DNA of 64,000 bases from an uncultured Enterobacterales bacterium (GTDB lineage Bacteria > Pseudomonadota > Gammaproteobacteria > Enterobacterales > Succinivibrionaceae), in NCBI GenBank assembly GCA_964651505.1, contig CAZYXT010000001.1, positions 499 to 64,498 of the forward strand. Direction: 5' to 3'. Within the stretch, counting starts at the first letter, position 1. The number at the start of each line of letters is the position of its first letter. Positions 1 to 9,849 of the stretch are shown piece by piece. A program made the translations under genes and the position numbers. The notes beneath the pieces were generated by a model. The model was given only the letters and a program-made list of their open reading frames with translations, was not told the DNA's origin and did no database searches.

Positions 1-1
1 G

Positions 2-466
2 CTGCAAAGCAAAGACAAGAGCGATTTTTACTTGCAGTTTGCAAAGTTCGGCCAATGCTTCTTCCCGGCGGTTGCCACGATGGCCGCGGCCAATGCCACG
101 CAAGAGGATCTTGACAGCCTTGACAAGATTGTGGAGCGGATGGGCCAAAGCATCAGGAGCAAAAACGAGTTTATCGCCCAAACCCTGATGTTCATCGAGC
201 TTATGTATTCCTCTGCGCATAATATGATGCTCTCCTGCGTGGGGGTGAATCTTTTGCAGGGCCTGTTTCATGAGGCCTGCTCGCGCGTCTCGGATCAGGA
301 GTTTGAGCGCACCTTGGATCTGCGCCTGACCGGTCTTGATCTTTGTGCCCTGATCGTGGAACATCTTAAAGGGCGCAAGGCCGAAGAGGCCCTGCAAGCG
401 ACCCGGGCTTATTTTGATCTGGCTTTGCGCATGCTCGCCGAGCCTGCCTTGTTAAGCGCTGCCTAA
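2..466 (+). CDS. GntR/FadR-family regulator, C-terminal ligand-binding (FCD-like) part; 5' end cut by the window edge
   Basis: The reading frame is open from base 2 with no upstream stop, so the listed TTG at 32 is probably internal. The helical C-terminal region is typical of FadR-type effector domains. It sits directly upstream of an RpiR regulator. Confidence 0.45.
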   Translation: MQSKDKSDFYLQFAKFGQCFFPAVATMAAANATQEDLDSLDKIVERMGQSIRSKNEFIAQTLMFIELMYSSAHNMMLSCVGVNLLQGLFHEACSRVSDQEFERTLDLRLTGLDLCALIVEHLKGRKAEEALQATRAYFDLALRMLAEPALLSAA

Positions 467-467
467 G

Positions 468-1337
468 ATGAAACCTCAAGGATCCCAAAAACTCGTACTC
501 TCCTCTTTAAAGAAAATCATGCCGACGCTGCCCAGCGCTTCCAAGCGCCTGGCCTCCCATGTGCTCGATAATCCGCGGGCAGTGGTCGAGTCGAGCATAG
601 CCTCCATTGCCAAACAAGCCTCGGTGGGCGAGGCCACGGTGGTCAGATTGTGCAGGCAGCTTGGGTATCGCAGCCTGCAGGAGTTCAAGATAGATCTGGC
701 TTTGGAGGTTTACGGCAAAGACCAAAGCTCCGAGATCCTGACCGACGTGCACATGCAGCAAGATGACAGCCCTCAGGTGCTCGGGCGCAAGATTGCCCAA
801 AGCATGAACGAGATCTTGCAAGAAAACCTCGATTACTTTGACCCCGCCGCCGCCCAAAGGGTGTGCAAGGCCGTCTATAAGGCAGGGGAGGTCTTTATCT
901 TCGGCATGGGCAATTCGGGCCTGTGTGCCGCGTATCTTGCCAACAAATTAAGGCGCATCGGCATCAATGCCGTCTGCGAGCAGTCCACCCATTTTATGTA
1001 CACGGGGGCCTCGCTGCTCAAGCAGGGCGACGTGGCCGTGGCCATCTCGCAAAAAGGCTCGGGCCCCGAAACCCTCAAAGCCTTCAGCATTGCCAAAGAA
1101 AGCGGGGCTTTGTGCGTGCTTTTGACCCATCAGGTTGCATCGGAGCTCTCCAAGCTGGCCGACGTGGTCTTTTTTACCGGCAGCCGCGCAGGCTTCTTGC
1201 AAAGCGATTCTTTGGGCTCGATGTCCGCTCAGCTGCACATTTGCGAGATTTTGTACAGCATGATCATTCAGCTTGACATGGGACGGGCGCTCAAGGCCAA
1301 GCAGCTGACCCTCAAGGCCTTGGACTTTAAAGTTTAA
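468..1337 (+). CDS. MurR/RpiR-family transcriptional regulator (HTH_6 + SIS domain)
   Basis: N-terminal RpiR HTH (ASIAKQASVGEATVVRLCRQLGY..LQEFK). SIS sugar-phosphate binding motif (FIFGMGNSGLCAAYLANKLRRIG). Confidence 0.85.
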   Translation: MKPQGSQKLVLSSLKKIMPTLPSASKRLASHVLDNPRAVVESSIASIAKQASVGEATVVRLCRQLGYRSLQEFKIDLALEVYGKDQSSEILTDVHMQQDDSPQVLGRKIAQSMNEILQENLDYFDPAAAQRVCKAVYKAGEVFIFGMGNSGLCAAYLANKLRRIGINAVCEQSTHFMYTGASLLKQGDVAVAISQKGSGPETLKAFSIAKESGALCVLLTHQVASELSKLADVVFFTGSRAGFLQSDSLGSMSAQLHICEILYSMIIQLDMGRALKAKQLTLKALDFKV

Positions 1338-1380
1338 AGGACAGCCCAAGCTGCCCTTTAAGAGTCTTGTCAAAGCATTC

Positions 1381-2211
1381 TTAGAAAGAGAAGTTGTCGG
1401 GGCTGGTGCCAAAGCGCCTGCCAAGGTTCATGTCCTGCAAGGCAATCAGATCGCGATCGTCAAACTTAAAATCAAACACATTGATGTTCTCTTCGATGCG
1501 ACGGGGTTTGACCGACTTGGGAATGACCACAACGCCGCGCTGGATCTGCCAGGCAATCAGGATCTGGGCCGGGGTTTTATGGTGTTTTTGGGCGATGGAC
1601 TTGATGAGCGGATGGTTTAAAAGCTCGCCTTGGGATTTCTCCCCGCCCAAAGGCGCCCAGGCCTCGGGGGTGATGAGGTAGCGGCGGCATTCGTCAAAAA
1701 GCTCTATTTGGCTCAGGTACGGGTGGCTTTCCACCTGATTGATTGCAGGCATTACGTCGGTGACTTGGCGCAGTTTGGCCAAATGATCGGCATGAAAGTT
1801 TGACACGCCTGCCGATCTGATGAGCCCTTCTTCTTTGAGTTTGAGCATTTGAAGATAAGCTTTTTCAAAGCCGTCGGCAGGCCAGTGGATAAGGTACAGA
1901 TCCACGTAATCAAGCTTGAGCTTCTCAAGGGAGGTCATCAAAGCCTCGCGGGTCTTGCCGGCCCTCACATCATCGGTCCAAAGCTTGGTGGTGATGAAGA
2001 TGTCCTCGCGTTTGACCCCCGCGTCAATGATGCCTGCGCCCACATCGGCTTCGTTGCCGTAAACTGCGGCCGTGTCGATGTGGGAGTAGCCGTGGGTTAA
2101 GGCATAAGAGACGGCATGGCGGGTTGCGTCTCCTGCGGGGCTCAAGAATACGCCAAGGCCCACGACGGGGATGCGATTGCCGTCGTTAAGCCTGATATAG
2201 GGTATGGTCAT
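1381..2211 (-). CDS. Aldo/keto reductase (2,5-diketo-D-gluconate reductase-like)
   Basis: AKR hallmarks: MTIPYIRLNDGNRIPVVGLGVF, HIDTAAVYGNE, LDYVDLYLIHWP, SNF, VIPKS. Start moved to the internal ATG at 2211, which removes the overlap with pheA. Confidence 0.85.
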   Translation of the reverse strand: MTIPYIRLNDGNRIPVVGLGVFLSPAGDATRHAVSYALTHGYSHIDTAAVYGNEADVGAGIIDAGVKREDIFITTKLWTDDVRAGKTREALMTSLEKLKLDYVDLYLIHWPADGFEKAYLQMLKLKEEGLIRSAGVSNFHADHLAKLRQVTDVMPAINQVESHPYLSQIELFDECRRYLITPEAWAPLGGEKSQGELLNHPLIKSIAQKHHKTPAQILIAWQIQRGVVVIPKSVKPRRIEENINVFDFKFDDRDLIALQDMNLGRRFGTSPDNFSF

Positions 2212-2245
2212 GGTGTGTGTGCTCCTGATATGTTTGTTTTTTAAT

Positions 2246-3412
2246 CTAAGCGTGCGGCTCCTGATCGGCCGAGGCATAGCAGCCCAGCACCCTCAGGTAT
2301 CCTGTCAGATCCTTAAGCCTGTTTAAGATCTGCTGCATGATCGGGTCGTCCAAATTGGCCTCAACGTCTGCAAAAAACAGCTCTTCCCAAATGTCCTTGC
2401 GGTCGCTTTCGGTGGGGCGCGAGTGCAGTTTGGTAAGATTGATGTTCCTGCTGCTAAATTCGGCGAGGACTTTGATGAGGGAACCGGGCTCATACTTTTT
2501 GGTGGTGAAGATGAGCGAGGTTTTGGCCTTGAGGTTCAAGGGCACGCGCAACGAGGTCATGGAGAGCACCACAAAGCGCGTGTAGTTGAACTTGTGGTTG
2601 GCAATGTTGCTCTCCTTCACGCTTAAGCCGTAAAAGCGGGCGCTGTGCATGGAGGCGATGGCCGCGCAGGCAGGATCGCCTGATTGGCGCACCTTATCCA
2701 TGGCATCTGAGGTGGATGCCGTATAGATAATCTTGGCTTTGGGGAAACGCTCTTTTAAATACTTGGAGCACTGCGCGATGGGCTGGGGGTGCGAGTAAAT
2801 GGCAGTTATGCACGAGGTCTTGGCCTCAGGCAAAGTCAAAAGGCTGTGATCGATGGGCAAAATCACCTCGCCCACGAGACTTGCCTCGCTGCGCGAGAGC
2901 AGATCGGAGGCTTCGTTGATGGTGCCCGAGGAGGAGTTTTCCACGGGCAGAAGGCCGTATTCGACCTCCCCTGTGTGCACGGCGGCCACGATCTCCTCAA
3001 AGGAGCCGCAGCCTTTCATGGTCACCTCTCCGCGGTAATGGCTTGTAAAGTGCAAGGCGGCCAGGTGCGAGTAGGTGCCGATGACGCTGCCAAGATAGGC
3101 AATGGAGGTTGAGCGCTCAAGCGTCCCCTCATTGGCCTTTTGCACGATGTAGCTTTGCTCAAAGGAGACGGTATGGCTCATCACGGCAGTGAAGATCTCG
3201 GCGGCCATGGTCGAGGGCACGCCCAAAGCCACCGCCTCGTTGATAAGGCTGTCAAGCTTTAAGTGCTCGCGATTTTTGTCGACAATGCCCTGATTGTGGT
3301 CTATTTTGTATTGGGCAATGTCCTGTGCAACCTCAAGGCGCCTGCTTAAAAGCTGCAATAATTGTTTATCGATGGCGTCTATATCCAGGCGGCATTGTTC
3401 TAAGGTGCGCAT
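2246..3412 (-). CDS. pheA: Bifunctional chorismate mutase / prephenate dehydratase (P-protein)
   Basis: N-terminal CM_2 domain (LEQCRLDIDAIDKQLLQLLSRRLEVAQDIAQYK). Central PDT domain (IAYLG..GTYSHLAA). C-terminal ACT domain (TSLIFTTKKYEPGSLIKVL..F....INLTKLHSRP). Confidence 0.92.
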   Translation of the reverse strand: MRTLEQCRLDIDAIDKQLLQLLSRRLEVAQDIAQYKIDHNQGIVDKNREHLKLDSLINEAVALGVPSTMAAEIFTAVMSHTVSFEQSYIVQKANEGTLERSTSIAYLGSVIGTYSHLAALHFTSHYRGEVTMKGCGSFEEIVAAVHTGEVEYGLLPVENSSSGTINEASDLLSRSEASLVGEVILPIDHSLLTLPEAKTSCITAIYSHPQPIAQCSKYLKERFPKAKIIYTASTSDAMDKVRQSGDPACAAIASMHSARFYGLSVKESNIANHKFNYTRFVVLSMTSLRVPLNLKAKTSLIFTTKKYEPGSLIKVLAEFSSRNINLTKLHSRPTESDRKDIWEELFFADVEANLDDPIMQQILNRLKDLTGYLRVLGCYASADQEPHA

Positions 3413-3433
3413 GAGATCTCCTTGTAACAGGGT

Positions 3434-3466
3434 TAAAAATTAAGATCGCCTGAGGCGATCTTAATT
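3434..3466 (-). terminator. Rho-independent terminator-like hairpin after the BI-1 gene, about 20 nt before the pheA RBS
   Basis: 13-bp perfect stem AATTAAGATCGCC / GGCGATCTTAATT with a 3-nt loop. It is followed on the minus strand by TTTTT. Confidence 0.7.
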
Positions 3467-3481
3467 TGCATCATCAATTGT

Positions 3482-4222
3482 TCATTCGCGCTTGCTCAAC
3501 AAACTTAAGATCTCGATGTACAGCCAGCAGATGGTGACCAGCAGCGAGAAGGCATTAAAGTACTCAAAGTACTTGGGCAACCCAAGGTCGACGCTGCGCT
3601 GAATGTTGTCAAAATCAAGCACTAAGTTAAAAGCGGCAATGGTGCAGATCACCAAAGAAATGATGATGGACAAGGGACCTGAGCTTGGGATCAGGTGCAA
3701 GCCGAAGAAACCTGTGACAAAGTTTAAAAGGTACAAAATCATCACGCCTGCCGTGGCGCCTGTGATGACAGAGCGCATCCTCGCCGTAGGGACAATCACC
3801 TTAAGCTTCCATAACGCCAGCATCGTCAGAACCACCACAAAAGTTGACATGACGGCGGTGGATACGATCCCTTGGTACTTAAGCTCAAACATCATGGACA
3901 GCGAGCCTAGGGCACAGCCTTCGCCCAAGGCATACAAAGGGGCGGTGATCGGAGCCCACATGGGCTTGAAGATGGTGACAAAAGCGATGATGACGGCGCC
4001 AATCAGCGAGCCGTACATAAACAAAGAGGGGAACTCCTGATAGGAGAACAGATAATTGACCGTGTAGAGCATGGACAGGTAGCCGCTGACAAGAGCGACT
4101 GCGACCAAGATGATGGATTTGGTGGCCGTGCCCGAAACGGTGGCACCAAGCGAAGCGGTGCCGCCAAAATTAACGCCGGCTTGGTTTAACACCACTGCCA
4201 TGGCAGGATTGGTTGAGCGCAT
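3482..4222 (-). CDS. Bax inhibitor-1/YccA-family integral membrane protein
   Basis: About 7 predicted TM segments. Size and composition fit the BI-1/YccA family (the C-terminal ...FNAFSLLVTICWLYIEILSLL pattern). Confidence 0.7.
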   Translation of the reverse strand: MRSTNPAMAVVLNQAGVNFGGTASLGATVSGTATKSIILVAVALVSGYLSMLYTVNYLFSYQEFPSLFMYGSLIGAVIIAFVTIFKPMWAPITAPLYALGEGCALGSLSMMFELKYQGIVSTAVMSTFVVVLTMLALWKLKVIVPTARMRSVITGATAGVMILYLLNFVTGFFGLHLIPSSGPLSIIISLVICTIAAFNLVLDFDNIQRSVDLGLPKYFEYFNAFSLLVTICWLYIEILSLLSKRE

Positions 4223-4386
4223 ATAAACTCCAGGGAAAATTTTAAAAGACTGCTCTTATGATATCGCAAAAGAGCCTGAGAGTAAGCCCCCGCTCATCGA
4301 TTGAGCAAATAGTGCCCGATATCGGCCCAAGCTGTCGGCCGTTCCCTCAAAGGATGGCGCGCAACTTCCTCTCTTGCATCAGATGC

Positions 4387-5091
4387 TCAGGCATCAAAGA
4401 AATTGGGATTGCTCTTGGCAATAACTTCTTCAAGCGAGGCTGCCGTTTCGCGCATGTGCTCGCGCATGGCTAGGGCCGCCGCGGGGCCGTCGCGTCTTTT
4501 TAAGGCCTCGAAGATGTGGGCGTGCGAGGCGCAGGTGCGGGTGATGGGGCTGACCTCATGCTCGATTGACAAAAAACGCACCCGATCCATGATGCCCTTT
4601 AAGGACTCGACGATGGTGTATACCTTATCGTAGCCCGTGGACAAGATGATGGTGCGGTGGAACTCTTCGTCTAAGGCAAAGTGCTCGTGAATGTGGTAAT
4701 GGGAGGCGGCATCCTGCTGGCGGTTTAAGATCTCCTCAAGAGCGTTTAAAGATTCTTCGCTGATGACGTCGATGCTGCGGCTGATGACCTCGCTTTCAAG
4801 CGTCTCGCGGATGAAAACGCCTTGCAGCACATGGCTTTTGGAAATGCGCTTGACCTTGGTGGCTTTCTTGGGGCTGATGGTGACAAAGTCGTTTTCTGAC
4901 AGCTTAATGAGGGCTTCGCGCACGGGCTGGCGGGAGATCTTGAAGCCTGCTGCCACGTCGTTTTCGGACAAGGTGTCGTCAGGCAGCAGGCGGCACTCGA
5001 TGATGGAGCGGCGCAAAAAGCTGTAAACCTGCTGATTGATGGGGTTCTCGTTGTTGAGTACGTAGTCGGTGGATAGATAAAACTCGCCCAT
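4387..5091 (-). CDS. GntR-family (FadR subfamily) transcriptional regulator, probable repressor of the divergent kdgK-eda operon
   Basis: Winged-helix GntR N-terminus (QQVYSFLRRSIIECRLLPDDTLSENDVAAGFKISRQPVREALIKL) plus an FCD-type C-terminal domain. Divergent from kdgK. Start set at the internal ATG (MGEFYL...). Confidence 0.8.
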   Translation of the reverse strand: MGEFYLSTDYVLNNENPINQQVYSFLRRSIIECRLLPDDTLSENDVAAGFKISRQPVREALIKLSENDFVTISPKKATKVKRISKSHVLQGVFIRETLESEVISRSIDVISEESLNALEEILNRQQDAASHYHIHEHFALDEEFHRTIILSTGYDKVYTIVESLKGIMDRVRFLSIEHEVSPITRTCASHAHIFEALKRRDGPAAALAMREHMRETAASLEEVIAKSNPNFFDA

Positions 5092-5416
5092 GGTAAATCC
5101 TTGCCCGAACCCGCTTGGGGGCACTTTAAAGTCACAACCTGTTATTTTCTTACGATACTAAACTAAAAATTGGCCGTTTAAAAGCGTCGCCCGGTTAAAA
5201 CACCGTCCTTGTGCGCAAAATCGCAGGTAGTATCCAAGAACGCCATAGAAAATCCCGATATCAAGACACCAGGGGGTGTCCCATTTTTGGCAGCGCAGGG
5301 CTATTTGTGATCTTGATTAAGCTCAATCTTACGGTTTTTTAGTATCATGTCATGAGTTTGCGTCATTGCATTATGTATGGCCTTATGGGCCCCACAACAT
5401 TAGGAGATACACATAA

Positions 5417-6376
5417 ATGGGAAAGGGATTAGTTCTGGCCGGCGAGCCTATGGGTTTGTTTATTGCTCAATCAGAAGGCAGCCTTGACAGCGTTTCGGGT
5501 TATTCGCTGGCAGTGGCAGGCGCCGAGTTCAATGTTGCCACAGGCTCTGCCCGTCTTGGCCACAAGACTGCTTATCTGACAAAATTGGGCGATGATCCTT
5601 TTGGCAAGCTGATTGCCAGAACCTTGCGCAACAACGGCATCGACGATTCGCTGGTGATCTACACCAAAGAGCGCACCACGGGCTTCATGCTCAAGAGCAA
5701 GGTATCCAAGGGCGATCCCGAAATTTTCTACTTCAGAAAAGGCTCGGCCGCATCCACCCTCAACGAAGAAGACGTATCGAAGATCGATTTCAGCCAATTT
5801 TCGCACATCCATCTGACCGGCATTCTGCCTGCCCTGACCGACGACACCCGCGGTGCCGTCAGGATGATGCTCAAAAAGGCCAAAGAGGCAGGATTGTTCA
5901 TTTCCTTTGACCCCAACCTGCGTCCTCAATTGTGGCCGTCGCGCGAGACCATGGTCAGCTACTTAAACGATCTGGCAAAAGAGGCAGATCTGGTGCTGCC
6001 GGGCAACGGCGAGGGCGATATTTTGTGCGGCACCACCGATGCCCATGAAATCAACAAGTTCTACCTTGGCCTCGGCGCCAAGACGGTCGTCACCAAGGTA
6101 GGACCCAAGGGCGCGGTATGCTCCACCTCAAGCGGCAAGGAGTTTACGGTCCCGGGCTTCATCATCGATAAGGTGGTCGACACCGTCGGCGCCGGCGACG
6201 GCTTTGCCTGCGGCGTGATCACAGGATTGATGGAAGGAATGGAACTTGAGAAGGCCGTCGAGCGCGCCTGCGCCATCGGCGCCATTCAGTGCACCTTCGC
6301 AGGCGACAACGAAGGCCTGCCCGATCCTCAGCAGTTGCAGGAGTTTATGAATACCCACCAAAGAGTGGCTCTGTAA
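5417..6376 (+). CDS. kdgK: 2-dehydro-3-deoxygluconokinase (PfkB family)
   Basis: PfkB ribokinase-like motifs (GAEFNVA, C-terminal DTVGAGDGFACG). AGGAGA RBS upstream. Followed by eda. Confidence 0.85.
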   Translation: MGKGLVLAGEPMGLFIAQSEGSLDSVSGYSLAVAGAEFNVATGSARLGHKTAYLTKLGDDPFGKLIARTLRNNGIDDSLVIYTKERTTGFMLKSKVSKGDPEIFYFRKGSAASTLNEEDVSKIDFSQFSHIHLTGILPALTDDTRGAVRMMLKKAKEAGLFISFDPNLRPQLWPSRETMVSYLNDLAKEADLVLPGNGEGDILCGTTDAHEINKFYLGLGAKTVVTKVGPKGAVCSTSSGKEFTVPGFIIDKVVDTVGAGDGFACGVITGLMEGMELEKAVERACAIGAIQCTFAGDNEGLPDPQQLQEFMNTHQRVAL

Positions 6377-6390
6377 AGGGAAAACGTACT

Positions 6391-7365
6391 ATGTCTTTTG
6401 AAGTTTTTAAAACAATCAGCAGTTACGGCATCGTTCCTTTGGTAACCTTGGATGATCCCGATGACGCCGTGCCTTTGGCCAAGGCCCTGGTGGCAGGCGG
6501 CATCCCCATTGCCGAGGTAACCTTCAGGACTGCCGCAGGCGGCGAGGCCATCAAGCGCATGGCCAAAGAGGTTCCCGAGATCATCGTCGGCGCAGGCACC
6601 GTTCATGACATTGCTCATGCCAAGGAGACCTTGGACAACGGCGGCAAATTCGTCATCACTCCGGGCTTCAACCGCGAAGTAGTCGAGTGGTGCCTGAAGA
6701 ACAATCTGCCCGTCTGCCCGGGCACCGTAGTGCCCTCTGACCTCGAAGAAGCCTTGGCCTGCGGCCTTGACACCGTCAAGTTCTTCCCGGCAGGCGCCTA
6801 TGGCGGGGTCAACACCTTAAAGGCCTTGGCAGGCCCTTATGCCATGTTGAAGTTCGTGCCCACAGGCGGCGTCGGCCTCAACAACCTCCAAGAGTTTTTG
6901 GATCTGCCCAATGTGGCGGCCGTAGGCGGCAGCTTCGTTCCTCCTGCCAAGATGGTCAAGGCCAAGGATTGGGAAGGTGTAGCCCGCGAGTGCAAGGCCA
7001 TCATGGCCAAGGTTTTGGACTTTAAGGTAGGACATTTGGGCATCAATGCGGCCAACCCCTCCGAGGCGGACAACATCACCAATGCCCTCTCGGCCATGTT
7101 TGACGTGCCCAAGAGGGATGCCGGCATCTCTTACTTTGCAGGCGATCTTGTCGAGATCATGAAGGAGCCTTTCTTGGGCAAGAACGGCCACCTGAGCATC
7201 GACACCCGCGACCTGCCGCGCGCCATGGCATACATGGAGCGCAAGGGCGTAGTCTTCAATAAGGATGGCTACATGTATAATGATCAAGGCAAGCTGGTTG
7301 CCGTATACCTCAAAGACGAGATAGGCGGTTTTGCCCTGCATCTGCGTCAAAAGCCCAAGGCTTAA
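6391..7365 (+). CDS. eda: KDPG/KHG aldolase (Eda) with an extra C-terminal domain of about 110 aa, VOC/glyoxalase-like
   Basis: Eda motifs: GIPIAEVTFRT, GAGTV, FVITPG, VKFFPA (Schiff-base Lys context), PTGGV. After about 210 aa the ORF continues (VGHLGINAANPSEA...GHLSIDTRDL...GGFALHLRQK), resembling a VOC-fold module. Start set at ATG 6391. Confidence 0.8.
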   Translation: MSFEVFKTISSYGIVPLVTLDDPDDAVPLAKALVAGGIPIAEVTFRTAAGGEAIKRMAKEVPEIIVGAGTVHDIAHAKETLDNGGKFVITPGFNREVVEWCLKNNLPVCPGTVVPSDLEEALACGLDTVKFFPAGAYGGVNTLKALAGPYAMLKFVPTGGVGLNNLQEFLDLPNVAAVGGSFVPPAKMVKAKDWEGVARECKAIMAKVLDFKVGHLGINAANPSEADNITNALSAMFDVPKRDAGISYFAGDLVEIMKEPFLGKNGHLSIDTRDLPRAMAYMERKGVVFNKDGYMYNDQGKLVAVYLKDEIGGFALHLRQKPKA

Positions 7366-7390
7366 ACCGTGTTGATGAGACAACGGCGGA

Positions 7391-7415
7391 AAAAGGAGGC
7401 GCAAGCCTCCTTTTT
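7391..7415 (+). terminator. Rho-independent terminator of kdgK-eda
   Basis: AAAAGGAGGC-GCAA-GCCTCCTTTT hairpin followed by T residues. Confidence 0.8.
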
Positions 7416-7455
7416 CATGGCAGCTTTCATCCCTCCCATCTTTTAAGGAGACAAA

Positions 7456-8133
7456 GTGAGCAGCAAAACCTGGCATGATGTCATAGGGCCCCTCAAAGAG
7501 AGTCCTGCCTTTATCCATGCCTTAAATTTTTCAAGGCAGGAGCGTGCCAAAGGCGTCGTTGTTTTTCCTCCTGAAAACTTGGTTTTCAATGCCTTCAGGC
7601 TCACCCCTTTTGACAAGCTCAAAGTTGTGATAGTCGGACAGGATCCTTACCATGAGCCCCGGCAGGCGATGGGATTGTCCTTTTCGGTGCCCCCCGGGAT
7701 CAGGGTGCCCCCGTCTTTGGAGAATATCTACAAGGAGCTTTCAACCGACATCAGGGACTTTGTCATCCCCTCTCACGGCTGTCTTACATCTTGGGCTTTG
7801 CAGGGAGTGTTGCTCTTAAACGCGGTTTTGACGGTGCAGGCGGGGGCTGCTTTTTCTCATCGCAACCAAGGCTGGGAAGAGTTTACCGATCAGGTTATTG
7901 CCGCCATCGACGCTCAAGCCTTCGGCATAGTTTTCATGCTGTGGGGCAGCGCGGCGCGCAACAAAGGCCGCGCGGTCGACCGCAGCCGCCACTTGGTGCT
8001 GGAGGCGCCGCACCCCTCGCCCCTGTCGGCCTATCGGGGCTTTTTTGGCTGCCGCCATTTTTCAAAGGCCAATGCCTATTTGCAAAGCGTCGGCAAAGAA
8101 CCCGTCAACTGGCAGCTGCCCCTGTACATTTAA
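7456..8133 (+). CDS. ung: Uracil-DNA glycosylase (family 1)
   Basis: Catalytic water-activating loop [14 protein letters not shown] motif, HPSPLSA C-terminal motif. GTG start. Confidence 0.92.
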   Translation: MSSKTWHDVIGPLKESPAFIHALNFSRQERAKGVVVFPPENLVFNAFRLTPFDKLKVVIVGQDPYHEPRQAMGLSFSVPPGIRVPPSLENIYKELSTDIRDFVIPSHGCLTSWALQGVLLLNAVLTVQAGAAFSHRNQGWEEFTDQVIAAIDAQAFGIVFMLWGSAARNKGRAVDRSRHLVLEAPHPSPLSAYRGFFGCRHFSKANAYLQSVGKEPVNWQLPLYI

Positions 8134-8149
8134 GCAAAGGCTCCGCTTG

Positions 8150-9166
8150 TCACTGTCCAAACTGCAAAGCCCCCTCGATGACGGCCTTTGCGGCGCGCAC
8201 CGTGCCGCCTCCGTCAAGCACGTTGCGGCAATTTTCAGCATAAAAGCCAAAATTTGAGGACAGCTTGGCCAAAGCCTCTTTGAGGCTTGTCGGATCTTGT
8301 AAAGCCCGGGCGCTCAAATCGCAGCCTGCCTGATATTTTTTTAAGATCTGCTCGGCCCCCTCCTGATTGTCGGCTGCCCGAATGCATACGGATGGCACGG
8401 CCGCGGCAATGCGCTCTAAGAACATGCCCCCGTAGGCGCCCACTGAAAGCTCGTATTCTTGCCAATAGGGAAAAAGAGTCGGGACGCTGTGCAAATAGCG
8501 TATGCGCAACTCTTGGCACAAAGCCTCAATTTTTTTGGCGCGGGCGTTGGCCGCCCCTGCAATGCACAAAAACTCATATGCTTCTGTCAGATTGGCTTTG
8601 CCTATATTCTTTAGCACATCAAGCGTCACCCCGTGCGGATCGGAGCCGCCGAGGCTTATCAGCACCTTGGGTTTGGGGCTGATGCAAGATTTTTGTTTGA
8701 CCTTAAAAAACTTGTGGGAGGTCAGGGCATAGGGGGCGCCGATGCACAGGCGGCACTGCCTTGGCACCAGATCTTGATAGTCGCGCTCTTGGCGCAACAG
8801 GCCCTGATCCAAAAGCAGATGACAAAGATGAGGGCGGTTTGCCAGATCGTCGATGACGGCCGTAAAGATCTTGTCATAAAGCGCCGCCTCTTGTCTTTGG
8901 TCCACAAAATAGTGATCGATGATGACCGCATCGGGGTGCTCCTCAAGCGCCGTTTTTGCAAGGCGCTCGTAAGGGCAGCGCACGATGCGCCAAAAGCGTC
9001 CTGCCTGTTTTTGCAGGGAGGGGCTTAAGCTGTCGGTTACCAGGGTAAAGCGCACCTTGCCAGGGTGCAGGGCGCGCAGGGCCGGCAGCAGATTATTGAT
9101 GCGCATCAGGTGGCCCGTGCCTATCTGCTCGTCGGCCTTTAAGATCACCGCATAGTCAAAGGGCAT
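8150..9166 (-). CDS. pseG: UDP-2,4-diacetamido-2,4,6-trideoxy-beta-L-altropyranose hydrolase (PseG-like)
   Basis: N-terminal ILKADEQIGTGHLMR motif typical of PseG. Glycosyltransferase-28 C-terminal-like fold. Last gene of the pseBCF cluster. The start at 9166 is chosen from two candidates and is uncertain. Confidence 0.7.
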   Translation of the reverse strand: MPFDYAVILKADEQIGTGHLMRINNLLPALRALHPGKVRFTLVTDSLSPSLQKQAGRFWRIVRCPYERLAKTALEEHPDAVIIDHYFVDQRQEAALYDKIFTAVIDDLANRPHLCHLLLDQGLLRQERDYQDLVPRQCRLCIGAPYALTSHKFFKVKQKSCISPKPKVLISLGGSDPHGVTLDVLKNIGKANLTEAYEFLCIAGAANARAKKIEALCQELRIRYLHSVPTLFPYWQEYELSVGAYGGMFLERIAAAVPSVCIRAADNQEGAEQILKKYQAGCDLSARALQDPTSLKEALAKLSSNFGFYAENCRNVLDGGGTVRAAKAVIEGALQFGQ

Positions 9167-9849
9167 CAAGCTTTTCCAATGCCTCATACATGGCACAGGC
9201 GAGGATAAAGTCCTCTTCGGTGTCAATGTCGATGACGCGCCTGCGGGGAATGGGGAAGGCCTTGCTGACCATCAAAGAGCGCTGTGCGCCTTTAAGCTCA
9301 AAGGAGCGGGGGGAGAAAAAGTAAAATTGGGCCGCATCCTGATAGGCCTTGGTCAGATCTTGAGAGCGCATGGGCATGCAGTCGGGCATGAAAGGATGTG
9401 GGGTCAGATCGGCGTCCACATACTGCGCCCTTTGCACCGGAAATGGAAACTCGCAGCAGGCATACAGGTAATCGGCTTTGTATCTGACAAAAGCCTCGTA
9501 CCCTGCCTTAAGATCATCAACGCTCATCAAAGGGGCGGTGGCATATAAACAGGCTATGACCTCATAATCATCATCATGCCTGATCTTCTCATAAGCATCG
9601 GCCAAGGCCTGATATGAGGTGGCGTAATTGTCAGAGAGTTTGGGCGAGCGCTTAAAAGGGACGTCTGCCCCGTATTCGCGCGCCACGGCGGCAATTTCGT
9701 CATCATCGGTGGTCACCACAATCCTTTGGAAAAGAGCGCTTTTTTGGGCCTTGATGATGCTGTGGGCAATCAAGGGCAGACCGCCTATTTTGCGGATATT
9801 CTTGCGCGGCACCCTCGTCGAGCCTCCGCGGGCGGGGATAACGGCAACA

